Shown here: one piece after another, positions 13,206-29,268 of the stretch
How positions within the stretch are numbered: the stretch's first letter is position 1
Layout: each line of letters starts with the position of its first letter
From: the human T2T-CHM13v2.0 reference genome, Homo sapiens
Assembly (NCBI RefSeq): GCF_009914755.1
Contig: NC_060927.1
Reading direction: 5' to 3' (one strand)
DNA: 64,000 nucleotides
Notes under the pieces: generated by a model
The model's database searches: none
What the model saw: the letters and a program-made list of their open reading frames with translations, nothing else
Told to the model about the DNA's origin: nothing
Made by a program: the position numbers and the translations under genes

Positions 13206-14248
13206 TTCTCATTTGTTACACATTTCGTGGGTTGAAGTTTTTATTTCAGAGCTTTAACAATGTCATTCAATTGTCTTTTGGCTTGCATAAAAACTGAACT
13301 TATTGTGGGCTTTGTTGTAGCTATAGTTATCCTTAGTGCCTTATCTGATTCAAGTTTCTTTTATTTTGTGCATAATGTACAAGTTGGATTGTCAGAGGGA
13401 TTTTTCTCAATGACTGTATGTGTACAAAAGGCATTTCCATTGTCCTATTTCACACTGAGTCTCAGGCTAGCTTTGCGTTCCTGGATATTCAGGGATGTGT
13501 TTTTTTCTATGATTTTGCTCTTTTGCCAGACTAGTTTCCCTCTAATGGTTGTGATCTAGAATGTCACTTACCATTCTCCCAATGATAGAAGTTTTTAATT
13601 TTTTTCCCTGATTCTTTTCCCTAGCCTCAACTATGTTTGCTCCCTATACCCTCACAAAATCCCACTCATCATCCTGAGGTTCAAGATTTTTCTTTTCTTT
13701 TCTTTTTTTTTTTTTTCCTGTAGGGGACAAGGTTGCAGGCAGAACTTTCCTGGAGTGGCTGCTGCTTTTTTTTCTTCAGGCCTGCACCACAAAGAGGGAC
13801 TTTTTTCTGTTTCTCACCTACCCAGGAATCTTTCTTGTGACTTCTTGGAGAAGTTCACGGAAAAACATCTGAGATTGAGTGTAAAATCCATAGTGCTTGT
13901 GGCTCTTGGAAATTCCATGCTCTCAAGCTCATCCGTGCTTGGGATTTAACAATTTGTTTAAAAATTTAGCTGCAATCTTCTTTCCAACTTACATGACAGT
14001 CCAGTTTTTCTATTATGTCCCGCCCAGGTTAGCCAGTAGTTGCATTCTTTAAAGGTACCTGTCTTTCCTCTGATTTTAGTCTACTTGTTTCCCTTGTTAC
14101 CTCAGCTACCTCAAAACAAGTTGTCATCTATCAGATTATTTGGCTTTTTCATGGTGTCCAAGTGACAACAATGCTCTATTTTTCTATGTTCTGATTGGAA
14201 CCCAAATTTTTCTGGAGAAGTTTTGCTCAGATAAAAATCATTAAAACT

Positions 14249-14492
14249 GATCGAGACCATCCTGGCTAACACTGAAACCCCGTCTCTACTAAAAAAATAC
14301 AAAAAATTAGCTGAGCGTTGTGGTGGGCACCTGTAGTCCCAGCTACTTGGGAGGCTGCTGCAGGAGAATGGCTCGAACCCCGGAGGCGGAGCTTGAAGTG
14401 GGCCTAGATCACGCCACTGCACTCCAGTCTGGGAGACAGAGCGAGACTCCATCTCAAAAAAAAAAAAAAAAAAAAAAGAAAAAAGAAAAAAA
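14249..14492 (+). mobile_element. AluY, 5'-truncated, with TSD
   Basis: Y-type motifs gatcgagaccatcctggctaac and gagaatggc..aaccc.ggaggcggagctt; poly-A tail; TCATTAAAACTG at 14238-14249 and 14494-14505. Confidence 0.93.
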
Positions 14493-14525
14493 GTCATTAA
14501 AACTGGTGCATGGTTTGTACAGTAA

Positions 14526-17606
<3,081 letters not shown>

Positions 17607-18429
17607 AAAGTTACACACATGTGTATTGGGCTATTAAGATTATTGCTTTTATTAGCAGTTCTGTTAACATCACCACTTTGAAAATTTAGTTTTTCTTTAA
17701 AAGGGTAGAACACAATTTTTCTGTAATTAAAACTTGTATTTTAATGTCATATTGTGTGATACCTCTGTCATATGATTATTAAACTGTATGTTTTGAGTTT
17801 TCTTTATTTAGTTTTTTTTTACTAGTAGAATTACAGATTAAATGGATGTTCTTATGTGTGCAGAGACATCAGAAATTATAACAATGGATATTTTAACATA
17901 ATCTCACCATAGGAAAACTGATTTTACTACCTATTCATTTAAAATTTTGGAAATTTTATTTATCTTTGGAGCATTTCAAAATGTGAGTGTAGTGCTTCCT
18001 TAGATAATCAAACAATTAATTTCAGTACACCAGAGTCTTAATTCTAATGTGTCACATCATTTCCATTAAATTTCATTTGATCACTCTGGCCATTATCGCA
18101 TTTAACTTAATCAGTGTAAAAACTACTTCAAGTACAATTTATATAAAAGAGACTAATGCACTCTCGACTTTCAATGAAAAAGTAATAGTCTAATGCACTC
18201 AGAAAAGCATTTCTTCAAAGCTGTTTTGAATAAATAGACAGGAAGTGTTCTATATTTACCCAGTTGGGTCAAAAAGTTAAAAGCAGAGTGACTGAAAAAT
18301 ATAAGTAACAGCTGTTTATTATGAATGTTTTACGGCCCTACATTATCTTTTTATATTGTCATTGTTAAGAATTAGATGAAGAAGTAAAGCAGTTAAACCA
18401 TGTGGCCTTGACTTTTTTGAGTTTGGTGT

Positions 18430-18530
18430 TGTTCATTAATTTAACAAAAAATTATTGAGAGGCTATTTTATGGCAGGTGTTCAAGGAATTATGTATACTG
18501 TAGCGACAAAAAGAGACAACACTCCCTGTA
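18430..18530 (-). mobile_element. L2 3' end fragment
   Basis: gttcattaatttaacaaaaaattattgagaggctattttatggcaggtg. Confidence 0.5.
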
Positions 18531-19011
18531 TTGAGTTGAGCATGAATAATAAAATTAAGGAGAAAGAGAGAAAACAATCCCTGCTTTATACATAGCTCTC
18601 CATAAAATTAAAATCACTGATTGTACTTTTATTTTAACTTTCTTAAAATCTCATGTGGAATAGGGTAAGTTTGCATATCACTAAAAGGTGTTACCAGTTG
18701 ACTGCAGATTCAACTGCTATATTATTTTTCTAGCATAAATTTTTTTAGAGAAAACTGGACAATTAATTAGAGTGGTGTATGTGTATTTTCTTCTCTGAGG
18801 TTGTCAATAAAATTGATAGAGAGCTACAGCAGCCCATGAAATATGTGTTTCAAATTTAAGCAAAGTCTTATGCAAATCATGTATTGATTTTTCCCTTTTG
18901 GGTATAAGATAATTGCATGGCTCTTCTTAGCTCTTTGTGTTCCTGAGACAGTACTAGGTTTTCAGCAGTCTGATTAAGGTTGCATTTACATAATGTTGGT
19001 TTTTGGTTTTC

Positions 19012-19216
19012 CTGTGTCATGCTGAAGCTAGATCTTATTGTCCTTGTGAAAGCCAATGATTATATCTTCAGGAAACTTGAGACCTGGTTGTTTAACCATT
19101 GGTGGCTTAAAATCTGACATAGTGGAGAATTTACACCAAAAGAAATTGGCAAATGCTACTAATTAGTTCATACCCTCAAGAAAGCCCATAGCTAAACATT
19201 TATCAGCACATCAAGG
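19012..19216 (+). mobile_element. MER63A-like hAT-Blackjack MITE
   Basis: ttggtggcttaaaatctgacatagtggagaatttacaccaaaagaaattggcaaatgctac...tttatcagcacatca matches my recollection of MER63. Confidence 0.7.
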
Positions 19217-19729
19217 GATTTTACCCTCAAGAGTGTCATTATATGAAGCATCTGCCCATTTGGAGTCTTGACCCATGGGGATACGTAATGGAAGGTTTCT
19301 TTTTTTCCCCCTCTCTCTACTCCTTAAATCTTTATTACAAGCCTGTGTCCTTTCTTGAGGTCCCACATCCTCAAAAAAGTGCTGCTATTTTGTTTCTCCC
19401 TCCTATAAGGTAGTGATTTCTTTTTCCTTTCCTAGTTTCCATACAAAGGAAAAAAAAAAAACTTTAGTGTCAGTGAGAGCCTAATCAAATATAATAAAAA
19501 TTTTCCTCCTCTATATATTTTGGATCCTGATTTCAGTCCTATTTGCAGTCTCAACCTTGATTCAATTGCATTGATTCTTCTATTATGTAGTATATTTTTA
19601 GCCAGTATTCCGGGACTTGGCATGTTATTCTTGTGTTTTGCAGTCTTAGGACCATCTTCACGTTTAAATATTTCCTGGAAGGATTCATGCGACTTAGAAT
19701 ACAGTTAAGGATAAATAGTTGCATCATAA

Positions 19730-20545
19730 TAGTTGCATCATAAGGGAAAAATACATAGGTAGTGTCTGGAGGAATTCATCTGCAGGCTTCCTTATGTATT
19801 CCCCCTCTCATGAGGGGTCACATAGAACATACTCTTTCCCAGCTATGAAAATGCAGCATGTGTGCAGTGTTTCTATTAAGGGAACTCACTAAAGACTCTA
19901 TGCTTAGGATTTTACTGGGGGTTTGCAATGATCTGAATGTTTATGTCCTTCCCAAAATTCATTAACTTGAAATCTTAATCTTATTGTAATATGGAGACCC
20001 TCATTTTAAGGTGGGGTCTTTAGGAAGTAATTTTGTCATGAGGTGAAGCCCTTATGAATGGGATTAGTGCACTTAGACAAGGCCAGAGAACAAGCTCCCT
20101 TACTTTCTTCCATGTGAGGATACAAGGAGAAGTGGGAATAGTCTGCAACCTGGAAGAGGGCTCTCCCTAGAAGAACCTGACCATGCCAACACTCTGATTT
20201 TGGAGTTCCAGCCTCCAGAATGCTTTGAAATAAATTTATTTTGTTTATAAGTCACCCAGACTATGGTATTTGTTATAGGAGCCTGAACTAATAGAGACAG
20301 GCCTGGTCACAGAGGTACCCTCTGTCTAGCACATACCAAAATTCCCAGAAGACTCCCAGAAGAAAGGCAGGTGTAGCATAAACCACATTGTTTGCATAAA
20401 CACTCTAGGCACAATATGTCACCCTTATCATTTAGAAAATGGTAAGAAAATTCCCAAAATGTAAGTCCCCAGACATCAGCCAAGGGTCATCCTTCAAAGC
20501 AGACTTTTCTAAAGATAGCAGTCCCAGGCCAGCTATGTTAACCAA
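19730..20545 (-). mobile_element. MER68/MER21-group ERVL LTR, split by an MLT1A LTR
   Basis: ccaaaattcccagaagactcccagaagaaaggcaggtgtagcataaaccacattgtttgc...gatagcagtcccaggccagctatgttaac. Confidence 0.7.
19924..20299 (+). mobile_element. MLT1A-type MaLR solo LTR
   Basis: TG...CA ends; tgaatgtttatgtccttcccaaaattc...ttccagcctccagaa...aataaatt...tatggtatttgttatag. Confidence 0.88.
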
Positions 20546-20749
20546 AAATTAACTTTGTTTATAGTAATCTAATTCTAAAAACTTTGTATGCCAGTGGTAA
20601 TAATCAAGGTTTTAAATGTCTTTGTACCTTAATTATAATAACCAGTTTAGAGTTATTAACCAGATCATATCAACCAAGTTATCTTACTTTTTACTACCTA
20701 GCCGAGTTCTAATAACTAGATCACTGTGCCTGCTTCTTTGTGCTTTTTT

Positions 20750-22827
20750 CTTTATTCATTTTATGCATTCACCCCTTCAATAAATATTCATGGCTTTACA
20801 TACCACAAACAGCACAAAATATATAGTACTAAATAGTACAAATTTTTTTCTTAAATAACTTGTACTTGTGTGTGGTGAGTACATGTGTATTGGAGTATAC
20901 AGATTGTCAACTTGTGCTTAATATAATATATAATATATAATATATTTATTATAATATATAATATATAATATATTATATTTATTATAATATATAACATATT
21001 ATATATTATTATAATATATAATATGTTATATATTATATATATTATATAATATATAATATATAATATAATATATATTATATTATTTTATTTATATATTATA
21101 AATTATATAATATATATAAATTATATATATATTATAAATTATATAATATATATAAATTATATATATATTATAAATTATATAATATATATAAATTATATAT
21201 ATATATAAATTATATAACACATATAAATTATATATATATTATAAATTATATAATACATATAAATTATATATATTATATAATATATATTATATAATATATA
21301 TTTTATTATAATATATAATATATAATATTTATTATATTATTTTATTTATATATTATAAATTATATAATATATATAAATTATATATTATAATATATTATAA
21401 TATATATAAATTATATATTATAATATATTATATAATATATATAAATTATATATTATAATATATTATATAATATATATAAATTATATATATTATTATATAT
21501 TATAATATATAAAAATTATATATTATAATATATTATATAATATACATAAATTATATATATTATAATATATAATATATAATATATTATATATAATGTATAT
21601 TATAATAATATATATTATTATATATTATATATAAGATATGTACAATATATTATATATATATCTATAAATAAAGAAAATAGTGACAAGGTAGGATCTGAGT
21701 TACCTTATATGTTGTTTTTAAGGAGCACCTCTATGGTTTGGGTACTTTTGTACAGAGAAGTGAAGATATGAAGAAGTAATTGTATATATATCTGGGGACT
21801 TCTAAATAGAATTCCATCTCCTGGGTGCAGGAGCTGATGAAAGAAGGGCAAGGAGGCCATTTTGGCTGATGTAGAGTAAAGAAGGAAGAGGGTTAGTAAG
21901 AAGATGAGATCAGAGAGGTAGGGGAATAGTTGAGGACATATATTTTAGGGACCTGTAGTTCATTTTAACAGCTTATATTTTCCTCTGAATGAAAAACAAT
22001 TCCAGAGCATTTTTGAATAGAGGAGTGATATGATTTTATGTACATCTGAAAAGCCAGAGCAAATAATAGTTTCAAAGGGAAGAGGTGAAACAGAATGTTA
22101 GGATATTATTGCAATAATCCAGAAATTTTTTAAAAAGAAGATGGTGAGAATCAGAGGAGTAGCAGTGAATGGAAGTGGTAAGAAAAGTTGGGCTGGATAT
22201 ACTTTGAAGGCAGAAACAATAGGAAAAGAGAAAATCTTTCTTAATGACATTTTCAAGGAACTTTAAGACTTCTGGCATAAGTAACTGGAAGAAAGATATT
22301 GATATTAATTGAAATGAGGAAAACAGAAAAAAGCTTGGTTGAGAAAAATAAGGACCTTGTATTAAGTATGTTTAATTTGGGATATATTTGATGGCTAAGT
22401 GTAGATGTTGCATAGGCAGTTAGATATACCAGTCTGTAGACTGGGGTGGTGGGTGAGGATTGGAGAACAAACTTGGGATTTACCAAATTAAAGATGATAT
22501 TCAAATCTATGGATGGAACACATCACAAAATGTAGCTGGCAAAACACAGATTACAAGAACAAAGCCACGGGACATTCTAATTGGTACAAGTGTAGAAAAA
22601 GAGTAGATGCCTGCAGAGGAAGCTGAAAGAAGTTGTCAAAGAGGTAGGAGAACCAAGAAAATGTGGTGTCCAGAATAAATATGAAGAAAGCCTTTCAACA
22701 AGGAAGAAGCGATCAACATTGACAGATGTTGCTGATTGTTTGTATTAATTGAGGTTTGAAAACTGACATTGCTGTGACACTGGCAAAGCAGATCAATGGA
22801 GTGGTCTGATATAAGTTAGTGTGGGTT
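20750..22827 (-). mobile_element. L2 element (3' part), interrupted by the AT island and continuing past the L1 insertions
   Basis: Antisense L2 3' end at 20750-20870; L2 body at 21670-22827 (gaagatgagatcagagaggtagggg...gaggagtgatatgatttt). Confidence 0.75.
20918..21665. repeat. ~740 bp almost pure A/T low-complexity tandem repeat
   Basis: Only a handful of C/G bases; built from TA/TAA/TTA-derived units. Confidence 0.97.
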
Positions 22828-22828
22828 T

Positions 22829-25800
22829 GAGAGAGGGAAAGATGGCCACCTAGATGCAATCAGGTGGAACAGCTGCCACCGAGGGACTGAGATGCTGGCA
22901 AATGCCTAACAGATCTTCAGAGGGAAGGCACTGAGATTGAACAGAGGGAAGACACAGAAGCTGAGCTGAAGTGGGAGGAAGCTGGGAATCCTACACAGGC
23001 TACAGCACACCTGGACTTGTTCCTGGCCCCCAACAGCTCCTGGGAGACAGGTAAGTTGAACTGGCAAGTAGCAGCCCACTCTTGCCAGGGGCCTCTGGAA
23101 TCCTGGCAGGAGGAGACCCCTTGACCACCACAGACATTCAAATTGGCTGCTCAGAGAAGTGGTGGGGCAGCAAGCCAGTTGATATGGAGCCCAGAGGGAT
23201 TGGTGTGGATGTGTCAGTACTGGAGCATGGCCAGGGACAGCCATCCCATAGGCTCAACTTGCTCCCACAGGAGACTTTAGCCTTAAGGGAGATGTTGGAC
23301 CTGAACTCTGCAAGGTTGTCTTGACCATCAGACGGACTGGTCTGAACTAAGCACCCCTTGGTCTGCTGGCCTCTCCTGGGGCCCCAGACTGATTGTGCCT
23401 GCATGCAGGGGAACCTCAGGTGCCCTGGGCGCCTGCATCGTAGCCTCTGCACTGGCAGACCATACCTGTGGAGAGCTCTAGTGAGGCAGCCTTAATGGCT
23501 ATGCACCAGCCTGCCCACTCCCTCTCCATAGTGTAACTTCTCCTGGGCACCTGGCAACCCACCACATCACTTTGCTGACACATGTGTGCACAACTCACAT
23601 GTCTGCACGCACTGTACCCTGCCACTGCTGCTGGCAGGAGTGAAGTCTGCCCCCATACTCCTTGTGGCTCCTTGTAGGACCATCATTGCAGTCTGAGCTT
23701 TGGTGGGCACACAGCCATCCAGCCATGTCCCTACCAGTGCCCCACCCTTGTGCCAAAATTGCCACACTAGTGAAAATAGACACAGAGAACATCAGATCAT
23801 CCCCTGACCTGAGTGACCACCCCTGCCTGTGGCACACAGAAAGTGCACACAAACACGTGCCTGTCTGCACCCTGCCCCCATGCTAACACCATCACCTGAA
23901 CAACCATGTGCACATTCACCTGCAGAGTCCCCTCCACTGCCACAAGCAGCTGCCTCCATCACTCTGGTGGAAGCCCACAGGAAGGCTGTCACCCTGGCAC
24001 CCTCAGAACCTTCCCACAGCAAGAGTGTGCATCCCATCACACTACTGTTGCTGCTGGCATATGTAAACAAAGACAGATCCTGCAGCAGCTGTACCATGAA
24101 ATGCTTTGGCTGACACCAACCATTGGAGTGTTGTGACCAGGGTCTGTAGGCACATCGGCCCCCCAGTGCAGTGAATTTCTAACCTTAAGGAGCCAGAGAA
24201 CAAAGTTAGGGCTCAATACAAGTCCCCCCAGAGTTAGAGCACATGGTCCAGAAGCTGAAAACTGAGCACTGGCCCTCTAAAATGTTCCAGAAATGAAGCC
24301 AGTCAGCTGAATTCACTTTATACCACAATAGTACCCTTAAGGTCATCAAATAGGATAAAAGAAAAAAAAAATCATCTAAAGATCAGCAACTTCAAAGATT
24401 GAGTAAACATTGGCACACAAAGATGAGAAAGAACTTATGTGAAAATTCTGTCAACTCGAAAAGCCAGGATGCCTTCTTTACTCCAAACAGCAACACTATT
24501 TTTCTAGTAAGGGTTCTGAACCAAGATGAGATGGTTGAAATGACAGAAATAGAATTTACGATATGAATAAGAATATAGATCATTGAAATGCAGAAGTATG
24601 TTGAAACCCAATCCAAGGAGGCTAAGAGTCACAATAAAATGATAAAGGAGCTGACAGACCATAAAATAGCCACTGTAGAAAAGAATGTTACTGACCTAAT
24701 AGAATTGAAAAACACACTACAATAATTTCATAATGCAATCAAAAGTATTAATAGCCAAATACGCCAAGTGGAGGAAAGATCCCAGAGCTTGAAGATTGGG
24801 TTTCTGATTTGACGGTCAGACAGAAATAAAAAAAGATGAAAAGAATGTACAAAACCTCTGAGAAATATGGGATTACATAAAGAGATATAATCTATGACAA
24901 ATTGGTGCCCCTGAAAGAGATGCGGAGAGTATAAACAGCATGGAAAACATATTTCAGTACATCATCCAGGAGAACGTTCCCAATCTAGCTAAAGAGGCCA
25001 ACATTCAAATTCAGGAAGTGCAGAAAATCCCAGTAAGATACTTCACAAGGTCATCCCCAAGGCACATAATCATCAGATTCTCTAAGGTCAAAATTAAAGA
25101 AAAAATGATAAAGGCAGCTAGAAAGAAAGGTCAAGTCACATACAAAAGGAAGCCCATCAGGCTAACAGCAGACCTCTCAGAAGAAACCCTACAAGCCAGA
25201 AGAGTTTAGGGGCCAATATCCAACATTCTTATTAAAGAGAAATTCCAACCCACAATTTCTTATCTAGCCAAACTAAGCTTCATAAGTGAAGGAGAAATAA
25301 GATCCTTTTCAAACAAGCAAATGCTGAGGAAATTTGTTTTCACCAGACTTGCTTACAAGTACTCCTGAAGGAGATCTGCAAAGAGACTTAGACTCCCATA
25401 AAATAATATTGGGAGACCTTGACACCCCTCTGACATTAGTAGATAGATTTTTGAGGCAGAAAACTAGCAAACATATTCAGGACCTGAACTCAGCAGTGGG
25501 TCAAATGGACCTCATAGATATCTACAAAATTCTCCACACAAAACAACATAATATATATTCTTCCCATCTCCACATGGCACATACTCTAAATCGACCATGT
25601 AATGGGACACAAAACACTCCTCAGTAAATTCAAAACAACTGAAATTATAACAATTACTCTCTTTGACCACAGCACAATCAAAAGTGAATTCAAGACTAAG
25701 AAGTTCACTCAAAACCATACAACCACATTGAAGTTGAATAACCTATCCCTGAATGATTTTTGGATCTGTAATAAAATTAAGGCAGAAATCAAGAGGTTCC

Positions 25801-28691
25801 TGAAACTAACGAGAACAAAGATGTAACCTACCAGAATTTCTGGGACACATGTAAGGCAATGTTAGGAGGGCAATTTATAGCACTAAATACCCATATCAAA
25901 ATGTTAGAAAGTTCTCAATTTAGCAACCTAACTAAAAGAAATAGAGAACCAAAAGTAAACCAACAACAAAGTTAGCAGAAGACAAGAAATGATCCAAATC
26001 AGAACTGAACTAAAGGAGATTGAGATATGGAAAACCATTTGAAAGATCAACAAACCTCAAAGTTGTTTTTTTGAAAAAAACTATAAAATCAATTGCTAGA
26101 CAAATAAACAAGGAAAGGGAAATGATCCAAATAAACACAATTAGAAATGACACTGACCCCTCAGACATACAAATAACCATCAGAGCTTATTATGAACATC
26201 TCTATGCACACAAACTAGAAAATCTAGAAGAAATGGATAAAACATGGACACATACACCATACCAAGACTGAAGCAGGCAGAAATTAAGTCCCTACATAGA
26301 TCAGTAATGAAGTCTGAAATTGAATCAGTAATAAATAGCCTACCAACCAAGGAAATCCCTGAAACAGATGGATTCACAGTTGAATTCTACCAGATGAACA
26401 AAGAATAGCTGGTATTATTCCTACTCAAACTATTCCAAACAATTGTGGAGGACAGACTCCTCCCAAACTCATTCTCTGAGACCAGCATCATCCCGATACC
26501 AAAACATGGCAGAGGCACCACAACAAAAAAAGAAAACTTCAGGCCAATATCCTTGATGAACATTAACGCAAAAATCCTCAACAAAATACTGTTAAACCGA
26601 ATCCAGCAGCACATCAAAAAGCTAATCCAACTTGATCAAGTGGGCTTTATCCCTGGGATGAAAGGTTGGTTCAACATATGAAAATCAATAAATATGATTC
26701 ATCATATAAACAGAATGAAGGGCAAAAACCACATTATCATCTCAATAGATGCAGAAAAGTATTTTGATGAAATTCAACATTGTTTCATATTAAAAACTCT
26801 CAACAAACTAGATACTGAAAGAGCATACCTTAAAATAATATAAGAGCCATCTATGACAAACTCACAGCCAAACCCACATCATAGTGATTGGGCAAAATAT
26901 GGAAGCATTCCTCTTGAAAACTGGCACAAGAGAAGAATGTCCTCTCTTACCATTCCCATTTGATATAGTATTGGAAGTTTTGGCCAGAGCAATCAAGCAA
27001 GAGAAAGAAACAGATAGCATCGAAACAGAAAGAAATGAAGTCAAACAATCCCTGTTAGCAGACGTGATCCTATATCTCAAAAACCCCATAGTCTCAGCTC
27101 TAAGGCTCTTAAGCTGATAAACAACTTCAACAAAGTCTCAGGATACAAAATCAATGTACAAAAATTACTAGGACTCTGGTACACCAATGACAGTCAAACC
27201 AAGAGCCAAATCAGGAATGCAATCCCATTCACAACTGCCACAAAGAGAATAAAATACCTAGGAACACAGCTAACCAAGGAGGTGAAAGACCTCTACAAGA
27301 AGAATTACAAATCACTGCTGAAAGAAATCAGAGATGACAGAAACAAATAGAAAAACATTCCATGCTTATGAATACAAAGAATCAATATCATTAAAATGGC
27401 CATACTGCCTAAAGCAATTTACACATTCAGTGCTATTCCTATGAAACTACCAATGACATTCTTCACAGAACTAGAAAAAACTATTTTAAAATTTATATGG
27501 AACCAAAAAGGCCCTGAATAGCCAAAGCAATCACAGGCAAAAAGAACAAAGCAGGAGGCATCATGCTACCTAACTACAGGGTGAAAGTAACCAGAATAGC
27601 ACAGTACTACTACAAAATCAGATACACAGACCAGTGGAAGAGAACACAGAGCCCCAAAGTAAGGCCGCATACCTACAACCATCTGATCTTCAAAGCTGAC
27701 AAAAACAAGCAATGGGGAAAGGACTTCCTATTCAATAAATGGTGCTGGGATAATTGGCTAGCCATACGCAGAAGGTTGAAACTGGACCCTTCCTTACACC
27801 ATATAAATAAATTAACTCAAGATGGATTAAATATTTAAACATAAAACCCAAAACTGCAAAAACCCTGGAAGACAGCCTATAGAACCTCACTGATCATTAG
27901 AGAAATGCAAATCAAATTCACAATTAGATACCATCTGACACCAGTCAGTATGGCTATTATTAAAGAGTCAAGAAATAGCAGATGCTGGCAAGGTTGTAAA
28001 GAAAAGAGACCACTTTTACTCCCATTGTTGGTGGGAGTATAAATTAGTTCAACCATTGTGGAAAGCAGTGCGTTGATTCCTCAAGGAGATATTAAAAGTA
28101 ATGGCAAAAACCACAATTACTTTTACACCAACCTAATAAAAACAGAACTACCATGTCACCCAGCCATTGCTTCACTAGGTATATACCCAAGGGAATATAA
28201 ATCATTCTATCATAAAGACACATGAACCTATATGTTCATTGCAGCACTATTCACAAAAGTAAAGACATGGAATCAACATAAATGCCCATCAATGATAGAC
28301 TGGATAAAGAAAATATGGTACAAATACACGGTGGAATTCTACATGGTCAAAAAAGAAAGCAAGATCATGGCCTTTGCAGGAACATGGATGGAGCTAGAGG
28401 TCATTATCTTTAGCAGACTAACCCAGGAACAGAAAAGCAAACACCACATTATCTCACTTATTAGTGGGAGCTAAATGATGAGAAGACATGGGCACATAGA
28501 GGGGAACAATAAACACTGGGGCCTATCAGAGGTTAGAAGGTGGGAGGAGGGAGATGATGAGGAAAAGTAATTAATGTGTACTAGGCTTAATACCTGGGTG
28601 ATGAAATAATCTGTACAACAAAACCCTATGATACAGATTTACCTATATAACAAACCTGCGTATGTACCCCTGATTTAAAAGGAAAAAAAAA
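22829..28691 (+). mobile_element. Older L1PA (PA13-15/L1PREC2-like) with 5' UTR, two internal deletions and TSD
   Basis: 5' aagatggcc; GC-rich 5' UTR; ORF1 remnant (MENIFQYIIQENVPNLAKEANIQIQE); ORF2 remnants; 3' UTR ctaggcttaatacctgggtgatgaaataatctgtacaac. TSD TTAGTGTGGGTT at 22816-22827 and 28692-28703. Confidence 0.92.
28091..28136. mobile_element. One-armed MADE1 (Hsmar1 mariner MITE) inside the L1
   Basis: attaaaagtaatggcaaaaaccacaattacttttacaccaacctaa, followed by TA. Confidence 0.88.
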
Positions 28692-28703
28692 TTAGTGTGG
28701 GTT

Positions 28704-29046
28704 CAAGAAATAATGTGAAAAATGGAAAGGTAGACCATGAGTACAGAGGGTAGCTGGAGAGATTTTTGGGGTCAAGAAGATTTTTAAATTGATGCTGATA
28801 TAGCATATTTAATTATGAAGGAAATAATTCAAAGGTGGGAAAATCCTAATAGTGCACAAAGTAAAGAGGACAGGGCAACAGCAGAAGAGAAGACAGGACA
28901 TATGAGAATAAAAGTAGGTGGGTTGGTGGATGTGGTATTGGATGCTTCTGAATGCTTCTATTATTTTCAGTAAAATATTTACAAGGTGAACATCTGAATG
29001 TGAAGAGTAGGGGAGAAGTTCTGCTAATTTGAGAAGAGACAAAATG
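28704..29046 (-). mobile_element. L2 segment between the two L1s
   Basis: Continues the L2 cut at 22827 (shared TSD); the L2-like sequence resumes at ~35240-35345. Confidence 0.65.
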
Positions 29047-29268
29047 AATATACTGGGTTTTTAAAATATACTTTAAGTTCTAGGATACATGTGCACAACG
29101 TTCAGGTTTGTTACATAGGTATACATGTGCCACGTTGGTTTGCTGCACCCATCAGCTAGTCGTTTACATTTGGTATTTCTCCTAACGCTATCCCTCCCCC
29201 AAACCACCACCACGCAACAGGCCCTATTGTGTGAAATTCTCCTCCCTGTGTCAATGTGTTCTCAATGT

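Larger units (their letters stand above)
11010..14206 (-). mobile_element. Old L1M element continued (ORF2 N-terminal part, ORF1 end, 5' end), patchy and interrupted by Alu monomers
   Basis: ttagctgcatccataaattttgatatg (ORF2); acatttcttgtgacgaagtctgctgttattgaattgtctcagttc (ORF1 end, ~12970); ...ctcagctacc...ctgattggaacccaaa resembles an L1M 5' terminus. Confidence 0.55.

Noticed and set aside
19714-19742. 14-bp tandem duplication aatagttgcatcat
   Set aside because: An isolated slippage event with no further structure.
22906-24136. GC-rich region with many overlapping ORFs, as a gene promoter or exon
   Set aside because: It is the CpG-depleted 5' UTR of the older L1.
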